Origin: an uncultured Trueperaceae bacterium
GTDB taxonomy: Bacteria > Deinococcota > Deinococci > Deinococcales > Trueperaceae
Reading direction: 5' to 3'
DNA length: 64,000 nucleotides
NCBI GenBank assembly: GCA_963815215.1
Contig: CAWFFU010000008.1
Location: 1 to 64,000 of the forward strand
Shown here: positions 18,817-30,062 of the stretch, piece after piece
Position numbering within the stretch: position 1 is the first letter of the stretch
Layout: every line of letters starts with the position of its first letter
The notes under the pieces: generated by a model
What the model was told of the DNA's origin: nothing
What the model saw: only the letters and a program-made list of their open reading frames with translations
The model's database searches: none
Translations under genes and position numbers: made by a program

Positions 18817-19944
18817 TCAGGCTGCGTCGACGGGAGCGTCGGTGAAGAGCTCGCCGCGTTCGAAGATCACCAGGAAGGCGTCGACCACGCGCGGGTCGAA
18901 CTGCTTGCCGTTCTGATCGCGGATCTCCTCCACCGCCTTATCGAGGGGAACCGCCTTGCGGTGGATGCGGTCGTGGGTGAGCGCATCGAAGGTGTCGGCC
19001 ACCGCCAGCAGGCGGGACTCGACGGGGATCGCTTCGCCGGCCAGGCCCTGGGGATAGCCGGTGCCGTCCCAGCGCTCGTGGTGGGTCAGCGCGATGGTCT
19101 CGGCGAGCTTCATCAGCGGCGAACGGCCCCCCGAGAGCAGCTCGGCGCCGGCCCGCGCATGGCCCTTCACGACCTCGTACTCCGCCGGGGTGAGGCGCCC
19201 CGGCTTCAGCAGGATGCCGTCGGGGATGGCGATCTTGCCGACGTCGTGGAGCCGCGCGGCGCGCAACACCAGGTCGATGCGATCGGCGTCGAGCCCCAGC
19301 TCCTGGGCCAACAGCGCGCTGGTGCGGGCCACCCGCCAGGTGTGCTCGCCGGTGTCGTCGTCGCGGTACTCGGCGGCCTTGGCCAGCCGGATGAGCATCT
19401 CCACGTGGGCGTTCTCGAGCTCCCGTGTGCGCTGGCGCACCATCGCCTCGAGGCGCTCGTTGTTGTGCTGGAGTTGCTGATGGAAGTAGCGGGCCTCCAG
19501 CAGGTTGCGGATGCGCAGCCGTACCTCGACCGGGTTGATGGGCTTCACCAGGAAGTCCTTGGCGCCACTGGAGAGCGCCGTCTCCTTGAGCTCCGGGCGT
19601 TCGTCGCCGGTGAGCATCAGGATCGGGAAGTAGTCGGGCAGGTAGGGTCGGAGATCCTCGATGACCTCCAGGCCGTCCTTGCCCGGCATGTGGTGATCGA
19701 GCACCAGCAGATCCGGGCTCTCGTCCAGGAAACGTTCGAGCGCCTTGCGGGGATCGTCCAGGGTGGACACGTGGGTGTACCCGGCACGTTGGAGGATCCC
19801 CTTGAGGATCACCAGGATGGTCTCTTCGTCGTCGACCAGTAGGATCTTCAGGCTCGTCAGGTCCACGCTGGGGGCATCATAGGCCGCGAGGGACCGGCGC
19901 GCCATCGGGTTTTTCCCATCGCTCGGGTCGGTTCGCAGGTCCAT
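18817..19944 (-). CDS. Response regulator with HD-GYP c-di-GMP phosphodiesterase domain (RpfG-like); start uncertain
   Basis: REC (ILLVDDE, LDHHMP, KP) plus HDVGK and HHERWDGTGYP. Confidence 0.9.
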   Translation of the reverse strand: MDLRTDPSDGKNPMARRSLAAYDAPSVDLTSLKILLVDDEETILVILKGILQRAGYTHVSTLDDPRKALERFLDESPDLLVLDHHMPGKDGLEVIEDLRPYLPDYFPILMLTGDERPELKETALSSGAKDFLVKPINPVEVRLRIRNLLEARYFHQQLQHNNERLEAMVRQRTRELENAHVEMLIRLAKAAEYRDDDTGEHTWRVARTSALLAQELGLDADRIDLVLRAARLHDVGKIAIPDGILLKPGRLTPAEYEVVKGHARAGAELLSGGRSPLMKLAETIALTHHERWDGTGYPQGLAGEAIPVESRLLAVADTFDALTHDRIHRKAVPLDKAVEEIRDQNGKQFDPRVVDAFLVIFERGELFTDAPVDAA

Positions 19945-20153
19945 CGTCACGCCTTCCGCTGAGCAAGCGCGCGGCGCCCAGGGCTGAGGGTCGGTGGCAG
20001 CACTCGCACGACCCACCCTAGCGGAGGGAGGCTGACGGCCCTCTTACGCGGCCCCGGCCCCCGGGCCGCTGCGGTCGCCGCCCACCCAGCACAACGGCGC
20101 CGCGCCGCCCCGAAGGGCCGGCGCGGCGCCGACAACCGATGCGGGAGCGGGTC

Positions 20154-21620
20154 CTACATGTGCGCCAGCAGATGCTGACCCGTGCCGAGCAGGCCGTACC
20201 ACCAGCCGGGGAACAGCCCGAACAGCACCGTGCCGACCGCGGCGATCCCGATGGCGAAGGCGGCCGCCGAGCTGCGGAAGCCGGCCAGCTCGTACTCGGG
20301 CTCGCGGAAGTACATGTAGGTGATGACGCGGAAGTAGTACACGAGCGCCACCACGCTGGTGAGGATGCCGATGACGGCGAGGGCCACGTAGCCCGCCGAG
20401 ATCGCGGCCTGGAACACCAGGATCTTCCCGGCGAAGCCCGCCAGCGGCGGGATGCCGCCGAGGCTCAACATGAACAGCGTCATGGCGAATGCCAGGGCCG
20501 GTCGGCGCTTGCCGAGGCCCGCGAACCGCTCGAGATCGTCCCCGCGATCGTTGGCGTCGCTGACCTGCATGAGCACCGCGAACGCGCCGACGTTCATCAA
20601 CGTGTAGGCGGCCAGGTACCAGGCGACCGCCCGCACGCCCTCAGGACCGGCCAACACCGCCAGCCCGAGGTAACCGGCGTGCGCCACGGCCGAGTAGGCC
20701 AGCATGCGCTTGACGCCGGTCTGCAGCAGGGCCGCCAGGTTGCCGATCACCAACGTCAGGCCGACCAGCACCGCCAACGTGGTGAGGAGCCAGGGCTCCA
20801 TGCTGGGGTAGATGGTGGCGGCGATGCGGATCAGCGCAGCGAAGGCCGCGGTCTTGACGACCACGCTCATGAAGGTGGTCACGGAGGTCGGCGCACCGGT
20901 GTAGACGTCGGGCGCCCACTGGTGGAACGGCGCGATGGCGGCCTTGAAGCCGAGCCCCGCCAGCACCAGCGCGCCGCCGAGCGTTGCCAATAGCGGCGCC
21001 GCGAAACCCGTCGAGCTCAGCGCCGCCACGATATCGGCGTAGACGAAGCTGCCGGTAGCGCCGTAGGTGAGCGCCGCGCCGTAGATCAAGATCGCCGAGC
21101 CGAAGGCGCCGAGCAGGAAGTACTTCATGCCGGCTTCCTCGGACTGCCGCGCGCCCTGCCGCCAGGCCGACAGCACGTACACCGGCAGCGACATGATCTC
21201 CAGGCCCAGCAGCAAGGTGATGAGGTCGCCGGCGCCCGCCATGATCATGGCGCCGGTGGCGGAGAACAGGATGAGCGGGTAGTACTCGGGCTGCTCGAGG
21301 TCGCTGCGCTTCAGGTAGTCGTAGCTGACCAGCACCGCCAGCAGCGTGCCGAGCAGGATGACGAAGTTGAGCGCCAGGCCCGGGGTATCGGCCAGGAAGC
21401 GCAGCCCGAAGCTCGAGCCGGCGCCGCTGGTGGCGTGCATCACCCACAGGTTGGCGTTGAACGCGCCGGCGACCACAGCACCGGCCATGGCGAGCCAGGC
21501 ACTCGACCGGCTGTCACGCTGGAACAGCGCGAAGAGGGTGGTGATGGCCGCGGTGATGAGTAGCGTCAGCTCCGGGGCGAAGTTCGCCCAGTGGATGTCG
21601 ATGGCAGGTGGGAAGCTCAC
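20154..21620 (-). CDS. nuoN: NADH-quinone oxidoreductase subunit N
   Basis: EAGMKYFLLG, FKAAIAPFHQWAPDVYTGAP; last gene of the operon. Confidence 0.95.
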   Translation of the reverse strand: MSFPPAIDIHWANFAPELTLLITAAITTLFALFQRDSRSSAWLAMAGAVVAGAFNANLWVMHATSGAGSSFGLRFLADTPGLALNFVILLGTLLAVLVSYDYLKRSDLEQPEYYPLILFSATGAMIMAGAGDLITLLLGLEIMSLPVYVLSAWRQGARQSEEAGMKYFLLGAFGSAILIYGAALTYGATGSFVYADIVAALSSTGFAAPLLATLGGALVLAGLGFKAAIAPFHQWAPDVYTGAPTSVTTFMSVVVKTAAFAALIRIAATIYPSMEPWLLTTLAVLVGLTLVIGNLAALLQTGVKRMLAYSAVAHAGYLGLAVLAGPEGVRAVAWYLAAYTLMNVGAFAVLMQVSDANDRGDDLERFAGLGKRRPALAFAMTLFMLSLGGIPPLAGFAGKILVFQAAISAGYVALAVIGILTSVVALVYYFRVITYMYFREPEYELAGFRSSAAAFAIGIAAVGTVLFGLFPGWWYGLLGTGQHLLAHM

Positions 21621-23125
21621 CGGCTACCTCCAAGCGCGTCGGCGAGCGCGCCCGGCCCGATCTGGACCGCCGCCGCGACCGGCGGAGGCGCCGGTGCCTC
21701 CGCCGTCGCCGTCGGCGCGGCGATCAGCTTCGACTGCTCCTGGATGCGCTGCAGCTGCGGCGCGGGCGACAGCCCGAGCCATAGGATGCCGGCGATCAGG
21801 GGGATGAGGGCGAAGGTCTCCAGCGCACCGATCTCGCGGGTGGGCTCGCGCTCCTCACCCTGGTACAGACGCTGGAAGAGGTTCACCCCGTACACGCCGG
21901 CAGCGATGACCGACAGCGTGGCGAGGGCGGCGAGCCAGGGATGTTGCTGGTAGGTCCCCAACAGGCTGAGGAACTCGCCCGGGAAGTTGGCGAGGCCGGG
22001 AACGCCGATGGCCGTGAAGAGCACGAACAGGCTGAGGGCCGACAGCGCCGGGGCGCTCTTCGCCAACCCGCCGAACTTGTCCAGATCGAAGCTGTGGCGA
22101 CGCTCGTAGAGCATGCCGGAGATCAGGAACAGCCCGCCGGTCGACAGCATCTGGGCGGCCAGCAGGAAGATGGCGCCGTTGAGGCCCGCCACGTGCAAGC
22201 CGAAGATGCCGACCCCGACGATGCCCATGTGCGACAGCGAAGCGTAGGCAAGCAGTCGCTTGAAGTCGGTCTGGGCGGTGGCGGCGAGGGCGCCGTAGAG
22301 CGCCGTCACCACCGCCAGCGCCAGCAGCACCGGACCGACCCGCTCGACGCCGATCGGCAGCAGCGGCATGGCCCAGGCGAAGAACCCGAAGGCACCCACC
22401 TTGTACAGCGTGCCGGCGACGTCGGCCGCGCCGGAAGGGTGGTTCTGCTCGTTGAAATCGATCAGCCACGAGTGCAGTGGCCACATCGGCAGCTTCACCG
22501 CCATCCCGATGGCGAGGCCCACGAACAGCCACACCTGGGTGGCGCCGGCCAGGTGCGGCGTGGCCGCCATCAGGTCAGCGAAGCGGTAGCTCGCCGCGCC
22601 GGACAGCGGCTTGATCGCCAGGATGCTGATGAGCATCAGGAAGCTGCCGCCGATGGCGTAGACCAGGTACTTCAGCACGGCCGCTCGGCGCTTGTCGCGC
22701 CCGAACATGCCGAGCAGCAGCAGGCTGGGGATGAGCGTGACCTCCCACGCCACGTAGAACAGGATCAGGTCGCCGGCCAGGAAGACGCCGGCGAGACCCG
22801 CCTGCATCACCAGCAGCAGCGCCACGAAGACGCCCGGGGCGCGCTCGACGCGGCGCGCGGCGACCAGCACCGTGGGAATCATGGTGAGGGCCGCTACCAG
22901 AGTGAGCACCACCCCGGCGCCGCCGGGTTGCAGCGTGAAGGTCGCGCCGAAGCCGGGGATCCAGGGGACGCTGACGCCGGAGCTACCGGGCAGGAACAGC
23001 GCCAGCGCGAACGTCGCCAGCGTGCTGACGAGACCGAAGAGCACCGCCAGGGAGCGGCGCGTGCCGGTCAGGCCGGTCACCACCGCGAACGCCAGCGGGA
23101 TCAGGATGACGAAGAGGGCGATCAC
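21617..23125 (-). CDS. nuoM: NADH-quinone oxidoreductase subunit M
   Basis: FYVAWE, KLPMWPLHSWL, KRLLAYASLSHMG, NFPGEF. Confidence 0.95.
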   Translation of the reverse strand: MIALFVILIPLAFAVVTGLTGTRRSLAVLFGLVSTLATFALALFLPGSSGVSVPWIPGFGATFTLQPGGAGVVLTLVAALTMIPTVLVAARRVERAPGVFVALLLVMQAGLAGVFLAGDLILFYVAWEVTLIPSLLLLGMFGRDKRRAAVLKYLVYAIGGSFLMLISILAIKPLSGAASYRFADLMAATPHLAGATQVWLFVGLAIGMAVKLPMWPLHSWLIDFNEQNHPSGAADVAGTLYKVGAFGFFAWAMPLLPIGVERVGPVLLALAVVTALYGALAATAQTDFKRLLAYASLSHMGIVGVGIFGLHVAGLNGAIFLLAAQMLSTGGLFLISGMLYERRHSFDLDKFGGLAKSAPALSALSLFVLFTAIGVPGLANFPGEFLSLLGTYQQHPWLAALATLSVIAAGVYGVNLFQRLYQGEEREPTREIGALETFALIPLIAGILWLGLSPAPQLQRIQEQSKLIAAPTATAEAPAPPPVAAAVQIGPGALADALGGSR

Positions 23126-25044
23126 TTCAGCACCCCCGTCAGCGCGGCCACGACCACCAGAGTCACCACGCCGAGGAACATGGCGAAGGCGTAGGCACGG
23201 GTGAAGCCGCTCTGCAGGGCGGTGGCGAGCCGTCCGAGCAGCCCCACCGCGGCACCGGTGCCGGTGAGCCCGCGATCGACCACCTCACGGTCCAGCGTCG
23301 CGATGCCGCCGGCGACGCCTTCGCCGGAGGCCACGAAGAGGATGCGGTAGAGCGCGTCGAAGCCCAGCGCGCCGCGCGATGCGCCGGCCAGGTTGGAATC
23401 CTTCATGGAGGCCACCGGAGCGCCCTTGCGCAGGTGGTAGACCCACCAGCCGACGCCCAGGCCGAGCGCCACCATCAGGATCGACAGGCCGACGAGCAGC
23501 CAATCGGTGCTGACGGATACGTTGTTGAAGTCGACCTTGGCGGTGGCGGGCTCGAGCCAGCGCTGGATGAGGTTCGGGAAGGCGAACTCGGGCAGCCCCA
23601 GGTAACCGACGACGATGCTTCCCACGGCCAGGATGCCGAGCGGCCAGGTCATCACCGGCGGCGACTCGTGGACGTGCTCGGCGGCATGCTTGTCCACGCG
23701 CGAAGCACCGGCGAAGATGCCGTAGTACCAGCGGAACATGTAGGCCGCCGTCATGGCGGCCGTGATCAGCAGCAGGATGTAGACGACGTCGCCGCCGTTG
23801 CCCGCCAGCAGGCCGCTGGTGAGCGTGCCGGAGAGGATGGCGTCCTTACTGAAGAAGCCCGCCAGGAACGGCACGCCGGAGATGGCCAGGGTGCCGATGA
23901 GGGCGGTCACGCCGGTGATCTTCATCTTCCGCCCCAGGCCGCCCATCTTGCGGATGTCCTGCTCGCCGTTCATGGCGTGGATGACGCTGCCGGCGGTGAG
24001 GAACAGCAGCGCCTTGAAGAAGGCGTGCGTGAGCACGTGGAAGATGCCGACCCAATAGGCTCCCGCCCCGACCGCCGCGATCATGTAGCCGACCTGCGAG
24101 ATGGTCGAGTAGGCCAGGATCTTCTTGATGTCGGTCTGCGCGAACGCCGCGAAGGCGGCGACGAAAGCGGTGAGCGCGCCGACCCAGGCGACGGTACTGG
24201 CCGCGGCGGGCGCCATGGCGTAGACCGCTCCGATACGGGCGATCAGATAGACGCCGGCGGTGACCATGGTGGCCGCGTGGATCAGTGCCGAGACCGGCGT
24301 AGGGCCGGCCATGGCGTCGGGAAGCCACACCTGCAGCGGCAGCTGGGCGGACTTCCCGGCCGCGCCGAGCAGGTAGAGCAACCCGATCAGGGTCAGCGTG
24401 GCCGAGCCGTAGAGCATGGCAGGCGCCGCGGCATTGACTGCGCCGATGTTCAGCGTCCCGAAGACCTTGAAGGTCAGGAACATCGCGAGCAGAAAGCCGA
24501 CGTCACCGACACGGTTGACGATGAACGCCTTGCGCCCGGCGTCGGGGTTGGCGCGATCGCGGTACCAGAAGCCGATGAGCAGGTAGGAGCACACGCCCAC
24601 CCCTTCCCAGCCGATGAACATCAGCGGGAACGAGTCGGCCATGACCAGCACCAGCATGGCGGCGACGAACAGGTTGAGCTCGGCGAAGTAGCGACTGTTG
24701 CCGTCATCGCCGTGCATGTAGCCGATGGAGTAGATGTGGATGAGCAGCCCCACGCCGGTGATGATGAGCATCATCGTGACGCTGAGGCGATCGATCATGA
24801 AGCCGGCATCGAGGTGCAGCGTGCCTGCCGTGAGGTAGCGCCACAGCGTGACCTGCACGCCGTGCTCGCTGCCCTGCAGCCCGATGAAAGCCAGCACCGC
24901 CAGCACGAAACCACCGGCCACCGCCAGGCTGGCGATGATGCCGGGAACCGGCTCCTTGAGCGAGCGGCCGAAGAAGGCGTTGATCAGCGAGCCCACCAGG
25001 GCGAGCAGCGGCGCCAGGGCGGCCCACTGGACGACGTCGTTCAT
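23122..25044 (-). CDS. nuoL: NADH-quinone oxidoreductase subunit L
   Basis: WEGVGVCSYLLIGFW, GKSAQLPLQVWLPDAMAGPTPVSALIHAATMV. Confidence 0.96.
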   Translation of the reverse strand: MNDVVQWAALAPLLALVGSLINAFFGRSLKEPVPGIIASLAVAGGFVLAVLAFIGLQGSEHGVQVTLWRYLTAGTLHLDAGFMIDRLSVTMMLIITGVGLLIHIYSIGYMHGDDGNSRYFAELNLFVAAMLVLVMADSFPLMFIGWEGVGVCSYLLIGFWYRDRANPDAGRKAFIVNRVGDVGFLLAMFLTFKVFGTLNIGAVNAAAPAMLYGSATLTLIGLLYLLGAAGKSAQLPLQVWLPDAMAGPTPVSALIHAATMVTAGVYLIARIGAVYAMAPAAASTVAWVGALTAFVAAFAAFAQTDIKKILAYSTISQVGYMIAAVGAGAYWVGIFHVLTHAFFKALLFLTAGSVIHAMNGEQDIRKMGGLGRKMKITGVTALIGTLAISGVPFLAGFFSKDAILSGTLTSGLLAGNGGDVVYILLLITAAMTAAYMFRWYYGIFAGASRVDKHAAEHVHESPPVMTWPLGILAVGSIVVGYLGLPEFAFPNLIQRWLEPATAKVDFNNVSVSTDWLLVGLSILMVALGLGVGWWVYHLRKGAPVASMKDSNLAGASRGALGFDALYRILFVASGEGVAGGIATLDREVVDRGLTGTGAAVGLLGRLATALQSGFTRAYAFAMFLGVVTLVVVAALTGVLK

Positions 25045-25361
25045 AGCCTCACCTCGGACAGCTCGTCGACGTCCGTGCTCATCCGGTTGCGGAAGATCGT
25101 CACCAGGATCCCCAGGCCGACCGCCACCTCGGCGGCGGCGATAGCGAGGATGATGAACACCGCCGCCTGGCCGGAGAGCGCGGGCTCGACGCCGCTAGCA
25201 CTCCACTGTCGCGCGAACGCGACGATCGCGAGGTTGGCGGCGTTGAGCATCAGCTCCACGGACAGGAACACCATGATGGCACTCCGCCGCGTCAGCACGC
25301 CGACCGAGCCGATGGTCATCAGCAGCGCGCTGACGGCGATGTAGTAGGGGGTCGGGACCAT
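25041..25361 (-). CDS. nuoK: NADH-quinone oxidoreductase subunit K
   Basis: SVELMLNAANL, AAAEVAVGL. Confidence 0.95.
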   Translation of the reverse strand: MVPTPYYIAVSALLMTIGSVGVLTRRSAIMVFLSVELMLNAANLAIVAFARQWSASGVEPALSGQAAVFIILAIAAAEVAVGLGILVTIFRNRMSTDVDELSEVRL

Positions 25362-25385
25362 CACGCACCCCTCCCTCGTGCGGAC

Positions 25386-25940
<555 letters not shown>

Positions 25941-25973
25941 GTTCGGGGACTCCCCTGTCGGAAGGTCGCCATC

Positions 25974-26501
25974 TCAGTAGTCCACGCCTTCCAGCTCCAC
26001 CCGTGGGCCGGCCTCGAACCCGAGACGGACCTCCTTGCCCTGCTTCTCCGCCTCGCGGCGCTGCCACTTGCCGCCTTTGGTGCCGGCCAGCATGTCCTGC
26101 TTGCCGTAGACGAAGTCCTGGTAGCGGTAGTCGGCGAGCTCGAACTCGTGGCCCAGCACCACCGCGCCGGTGGGACAGGCCTCTTCGCAGAAACCGCAGA
26201 AGATACAGCGCAGCATGTTGATCTCGTAGATCTTCGCGTAGCGCTCGCCGGCGGAGGTGGGGTCGTTGGGGTCGTTCTCGGCGGCCTCGACGTAGATGGC
26301 ATAGGCGGGACAGGCGGCGGCGCAGAGGCTACAGCCGATGCACTTCTCCAAGCCGGTGTCGGGATGCCGCAGCAGATGGTGGCGGCCCCGGAAGCGCGGC
26401 TGTACGTGCGCGCGCTGCTCCGGGTACCGGACCGTCACGGGGCGCTTGAACAGATGCCCGAGCGTGACGCCCATCCCCTTGGCCATGTCCAGAACACTCA
26501 T
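25974..26501 (-). CDS. nuoI: NADH-quinone oxidoreductase subunit I
   Basis: [12 protein letters not shown] and [12 protein letters not shown]. Confidence 0.96.
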   Translation of the reverse strand: MSVLDMAKGMGVTLGHLFKRPVTVRYPEQRAHVQPRFRGRHHLLRHPDTGLEKCIGCSLCAAACPAYAIYVEAAENDPNDPTSAGERYAKIYEINMLRCIFCGFCEEACPTGAVVLGHEFELADYRYQDFVYGKQDMLAGTKGGKWQRREAEKQGKEVRLGFEAGPRVELEGVDY

Positions 26502-26586
26502 TTAGGACGCACCTCCCATGGTGCCGGGGTCTTCATGCCCGTTCCCGGGCGCGTGGTCGTGCGCGTGGGAACGCACTTGCGTCTCG

Positions 26587-27603
26587 TCACAGCACAAAGG
26601 CGATCACCGCCCCCGTCAGCAATGCACCGAAGAGCCCGATCTCGAACAGGTACAGCCAGCCGAAGCGCATCAGTTGGTCGTAGCGCAGGCGCATGAAGGT
26701 GGCCTTGAGCCAGATGAACAGGAAGATGAAGAGCGCCATCTTCACGACCAGCCACACGATGGGCCAGCTGGCCATGCCCGGGATGATGGCATTGAAGAAG
26801 CCGGGCGCACGCCAGCCACCCAGGAAGAGCGTGCTGATGAAGGCGGCCGAGGTGAACATGTTGACGTACTCGGCCATCTGGTAGAGCGCCCACTTGATCG
26901 AGGTGTACTCGGTCTGGTAGCCCGCCACCAGTTCCTGCTCGGCCTCGGGCAGGTCGAAGGGCACGCGGTTGATCTCGGCCGTGCCGGCGATCAGGAAAGC
27001 GACGAAGGCGATGATCAGGCCCGGCCACAACCACGGGCTGATCGACCACACGTTGAGCTGCACCAGCTTCTGAAGGTTGAGCGTGCCGCCGATCATGATG
27101 ACCGAGAGCACCGCCAGGCCCATGCCCAACTCGTAGCTGATGATCTGCGCGCTGGAGCGAAGGCTGCCCAGCAGCGAGTACTTGCTGTTGGACGCCCACC
27201 CGCCGAGGAAGATGCCGTAGACGCCTACGCTGGTCATGGCCAGGACGTAGAGCACCCCGATGTCGAGGTTCATGACCCAGGGGTTGGCGCCGAACAGGCT
27301 CTTGGCGGGCCCGGCCGGGATGGCGCCGAAGGCGACCAGCGCGAAGGTGATGCTGATGGCCGGCGCCAGCACGTAGACGACCTTGTCGGCGGCCGACACG
27401 ATGATGTCTTCCTTGAAGATCGCCTTGATGGCGTCGGCGATGGGCTGCAGCAGCCCGAACGGACCGACCCGGTTGGGGCCGATGCGATGCTGGAAGGCGC
27501 CCAGCAGGCGCCGCTCGATCAGCGTCATGTAAGCGAAGCCGCCCAGCAGCACCAGGACCAGGACGAAGGCCTTGACGAGGGTCACCCAGAGGGGGTCGCT
27601 CAT
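26587..27603 (-). CDS. nuoH: NADH-quinone oxidoreductase subunit H
   Basis: [36 protein letters not shown]. Confidence 0.96.
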   Translation of the reverse strand: MSDPLWVTLVKAFVLVLVLLGGFAYMTLIERRLLGAFQHRIGPNRVGPFGLLQPIADAIKAIFKEDIIVSAADKVVYVLAPAISITFALVAFGAIPAGPAKSLFGANPWVMNLDIGVLYVLAMTSVGVYGIFLGGWASNSKYSLLGSLRSSAQIISYELGMGLAVLSVIMIGGTLNLQKLVQLNVWSISPWLWPGLIIAFVAFLIAGTAEINRVPFDLPEAEQELVAGYQTEYTSIKWALYQMAEYVNMFTSAAFISTLFLGGWRAPGFFNAIIPGMASWPIVWLVVKMALFIFLFIWLKATFMRLRYDQLMRFGWLYLFEIGLFGALLTGAVIAFVL

Positions 27604-30062
27604 CCGGCCACCTCCAGCTCGCGTTCGTCACGCACCAGCGTGCTCAGGTCGGCGCTGGCCAGCCCGATCGGCTGCTCCGGCAGCGTCGGCAGCAGCATCA
27701 GCCCGGGCGGCACCGTGTCGTCGACGCGCACCGTGGCTCGCCGCAGCACGCCGCCGACCCGCAGCCGGACCGCGTCGCCGTCGGCAACCTTGTTCAGCGC
27801 GGCGTCCCCGGGACCCATGCGGAGGTGCGGGCCGCCGCTGAGGGCGTTCAGATGGGGGTTGCGGTGCAGGTACTCGATGCGCAGCATGCTCGGGGTGACG
27901 AGCACGTTGCCCTCCACCGCCTCGCTGCTGCGGATGGTCACCTTGGCCGTCGCCCGCCCCTTGGGCCGGAACAGCTGCCCCGTGGGTCCGAGCTCGGCGG
28001 GATCGATCTCGAAGCGCTTGCGGAGCACCCGGCGCGCACTGCGGACGCTGCGGCCCTCGAGCCGCTGCCCGAGCGCCTCGCCCAGTGCGCCGACCAGGCC
28101 GACGAAGTCCTCGCTCTCGCCGCCTTCGATCGACGCGGCGTGCACGCCCAGGAAGCGACCCTCGAGGTTGACGGTGGTGCCGTCCTTCTCGAAGACGCTC
28201 TTGGCGGGCAGCACCACGTCGGCGAGCTGAGCCGTCTCGGTGAGGAAGAGGTCGTGGACGACCAGGAAGTCCTTCTGTTCGAGCTGCGCTCGGACGTCCG
28301 GGTCCTGTGCCGGATCGAGGTTCGAGAGGATCAACGCACGTGCGCCCTCGAGCATGTCGGGGTACGCGTAGCGTGCGTGACTGGGACCGACGCCCGCGAG
28401 CTCGAGCCCGTAGCTGTTGGCCATCGGACCGAGGATCATGACCTTGGCTCCGACCGCCTTGGCGAAACCGGCCGCGGCCGCGGCGGCCTCACGGCTGGCC
28501 AGTACGAAGCCGCCGTAGACCAGCACGGCGTTATCGGCCGCCCGCAGGCGCTGTACCAGTGCCGCGGCGTCTTCCACGCTCATGCTCAGGCCGGCACGCT
28601 GCGCTTCGTCGAGGCGCAGCCCGCCCTCGGCGTCGTCGGCCTCCGCCACGGCCTGCAGCGCCCGGAACAGGGCGCTCTCGCCGCCGGCAGGGTATTGGAT
28701 GGCACGTCCGGCGTGCTTCATCAGGTCGACGCGGTAGGGCGCCGCGACGGTGAGCTTCTCGCGCCGCAGGACGGGGTGCTCCTTGAGTCGCAGGTCGGCG
28801 ATGGGCACGCCGTGCTGCATCATCTCAGGCGGAGTCACGCCCTTGAGCGCATCCTTGATGCGCAGGTCCGCGATGGGGACCTCCTCGGTCACATCGCCGA
28901 CCACCAGGATGGCGTCCGCGGTGGCAAGGTCGGTCAGGGTGGCGGGGCTCTGCTGCGGGATGACCGACGCCGCGGGGCGCGGAGCATGATCGAGCTGCCC
29001 GGTGCCGAGAGCTTCGGCGAGGGCCCTGGCCGCGATCCCCTCTTCCAGCGTGGCGTCGGCGCGCAGCGCGATGCCGATGTCCTTGCCGCTCAGGCCGGAG
29101 AGCCGGTCGCGGATGAAGGCGGCCGCTTCCTCCCAGGTGACCGGCGCCAACGCGCCGTCACGCCGGATCAGGGGCGAGCGCACACGGTCCTCGGCGTTGA
29201 CGTACTCGTGGCCGAAGCGGGTGCCGTCGTCGATCCAGGTCTTGTTGACGTCGGGGTGGAGCGCGGCCTTGATGCGCTCGATCCGACCGGTGCGGCCGTC
29301 GACCATGATGGCGCTGCCCGACGCGTCGTCCATGCCGGTGGAACGGGTGTGCTGGTACTCCCAGTTGCGGCCGCGGAAGCGGCTCGTGGAGTCGAGCAGC
29401 GCACCGACCGGGCAGATATCGGTGATGTTGCCGGTGAAGTTGCTGGGCAGCCCGTCGTCGAGCGTGCCGATGTAGGTATGCCCGCCGCGCTCGATGAAGT
29501 CGAGCACCGAGTCGCCGGGGACCTCTTCGAAGTAGCGCACGCAGCGCTTGCAGTGGATGCAGCGCTCGCGGTCCAGCGTGATCAATTCGGACAGCGGATG
29601 GTGCTTCTCCTGGTGGCGCTTGTCGAAGTCGAAGCGGCTCAGGCCGGTGCCGTACTCGTAGGCGCGGTCCTGCAACTCACAGGCGCCGCCCTTGTCACAC
29701 ACCGGGCAGTCGAGCGGGTGGTTGATGAGGGTGAACTCCACCATCCCGCCCTGGATGTTCTTGACTTCCTCGGAGAGGGTGTCGACGACCATCCCCTCCA
29801 TGACCTGCGTGGTGCAGGTGGCCATCATGTTGGGGAAGAAGAAGATCTTGGGCGCGCCGGACGCCTCGTCGAGGATCCAGTTGCCCTCGCGATCCTTGCG
29901 CGGCGCGCCGACACGGGCCAGGCACATGCGGCAGGCCCCGATGGGCGACATGTACTCCTGGCTGCAGAAGTAGGGCACGTCGTAGCCCGCGGCGAAGATG
30001 GCATCGATGACGCTGGTCCCTTGCGGGAAGTCCATCGATACGTCGTTGATGGTTACCTTCAT
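27600..30062 (-). CDS. nuoG: NADH-quinone oxidoreductase subunit G
   Basis: [39 protein letters not shown]; start MKVTIND overlaps the nuoF stop. Confidence 0.95.
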   Translation of the reverse strand: MKVTINDVSMDFPQGTSVIDAIFAAGYDVPYFCSQEYMSPIGACRMCLARVGAPRKDREGNWILDEASGAPKIFFFPNMMATCTTQVMEGMVVDTLSEEVKNIQGGMVEFTLINHPLDCPVCDKGGACELQDRAYEYGTGLSRFDFDKRHQEKHHPLSELITLDRERCIHCKRCVRYFEEVPGDSVLDFIERGGHTYIGTLDDGLPSNFTGNITDICPVGALLDSTSRFRGRNWEYQHTRSTGMDDASGSAIMVDGRTGRIERIKAALHPDVNKTWIDDGTRFGHEYVNAEDRVRSPLIRRDGALAPVTWEEAAAFIRDRLSGLSGKDIGIALRADATLEEGIAARALAEALGTGQLDHAPRPAASVIPQQSPATLTDLATADAILVVGDVTEEVPIADLRIKDALKGVTPPEMMQHGVPIADLRLKEHPVLRREKLTVAAPYRVDLMKHAGRAIQYPAGGESALFRALQAVAEADDAEGGLRLDEAQRAGLSMSVEDAAALVQRLRAADNAVLVYGGFVLASREAAAAAAGFAKAVGAKVMILGPMANSYGLELAGVGPSHARYAYPDMLEGARALILSNLDPAQDPDVRAQLEQKDFLVVHDLFLTETAQLADVVLPAKSVFEKDGTTVNLEGRFLGVHAASIEGGESEDFVGLVGALGEALGQRLEGRSVRSARRVLRKRFEIDPAELGPTGQLFRPKGRATAKVTIRSSEAVEGNVLVTPSMLRIEYLHRNPHLNALSGGPHLRMGPGDAALNKVADGDAVRLRVGGVLRRATVRVDDTVPPGLMLLPTLPEQPIGLASADLSTLVRDERELEVAG

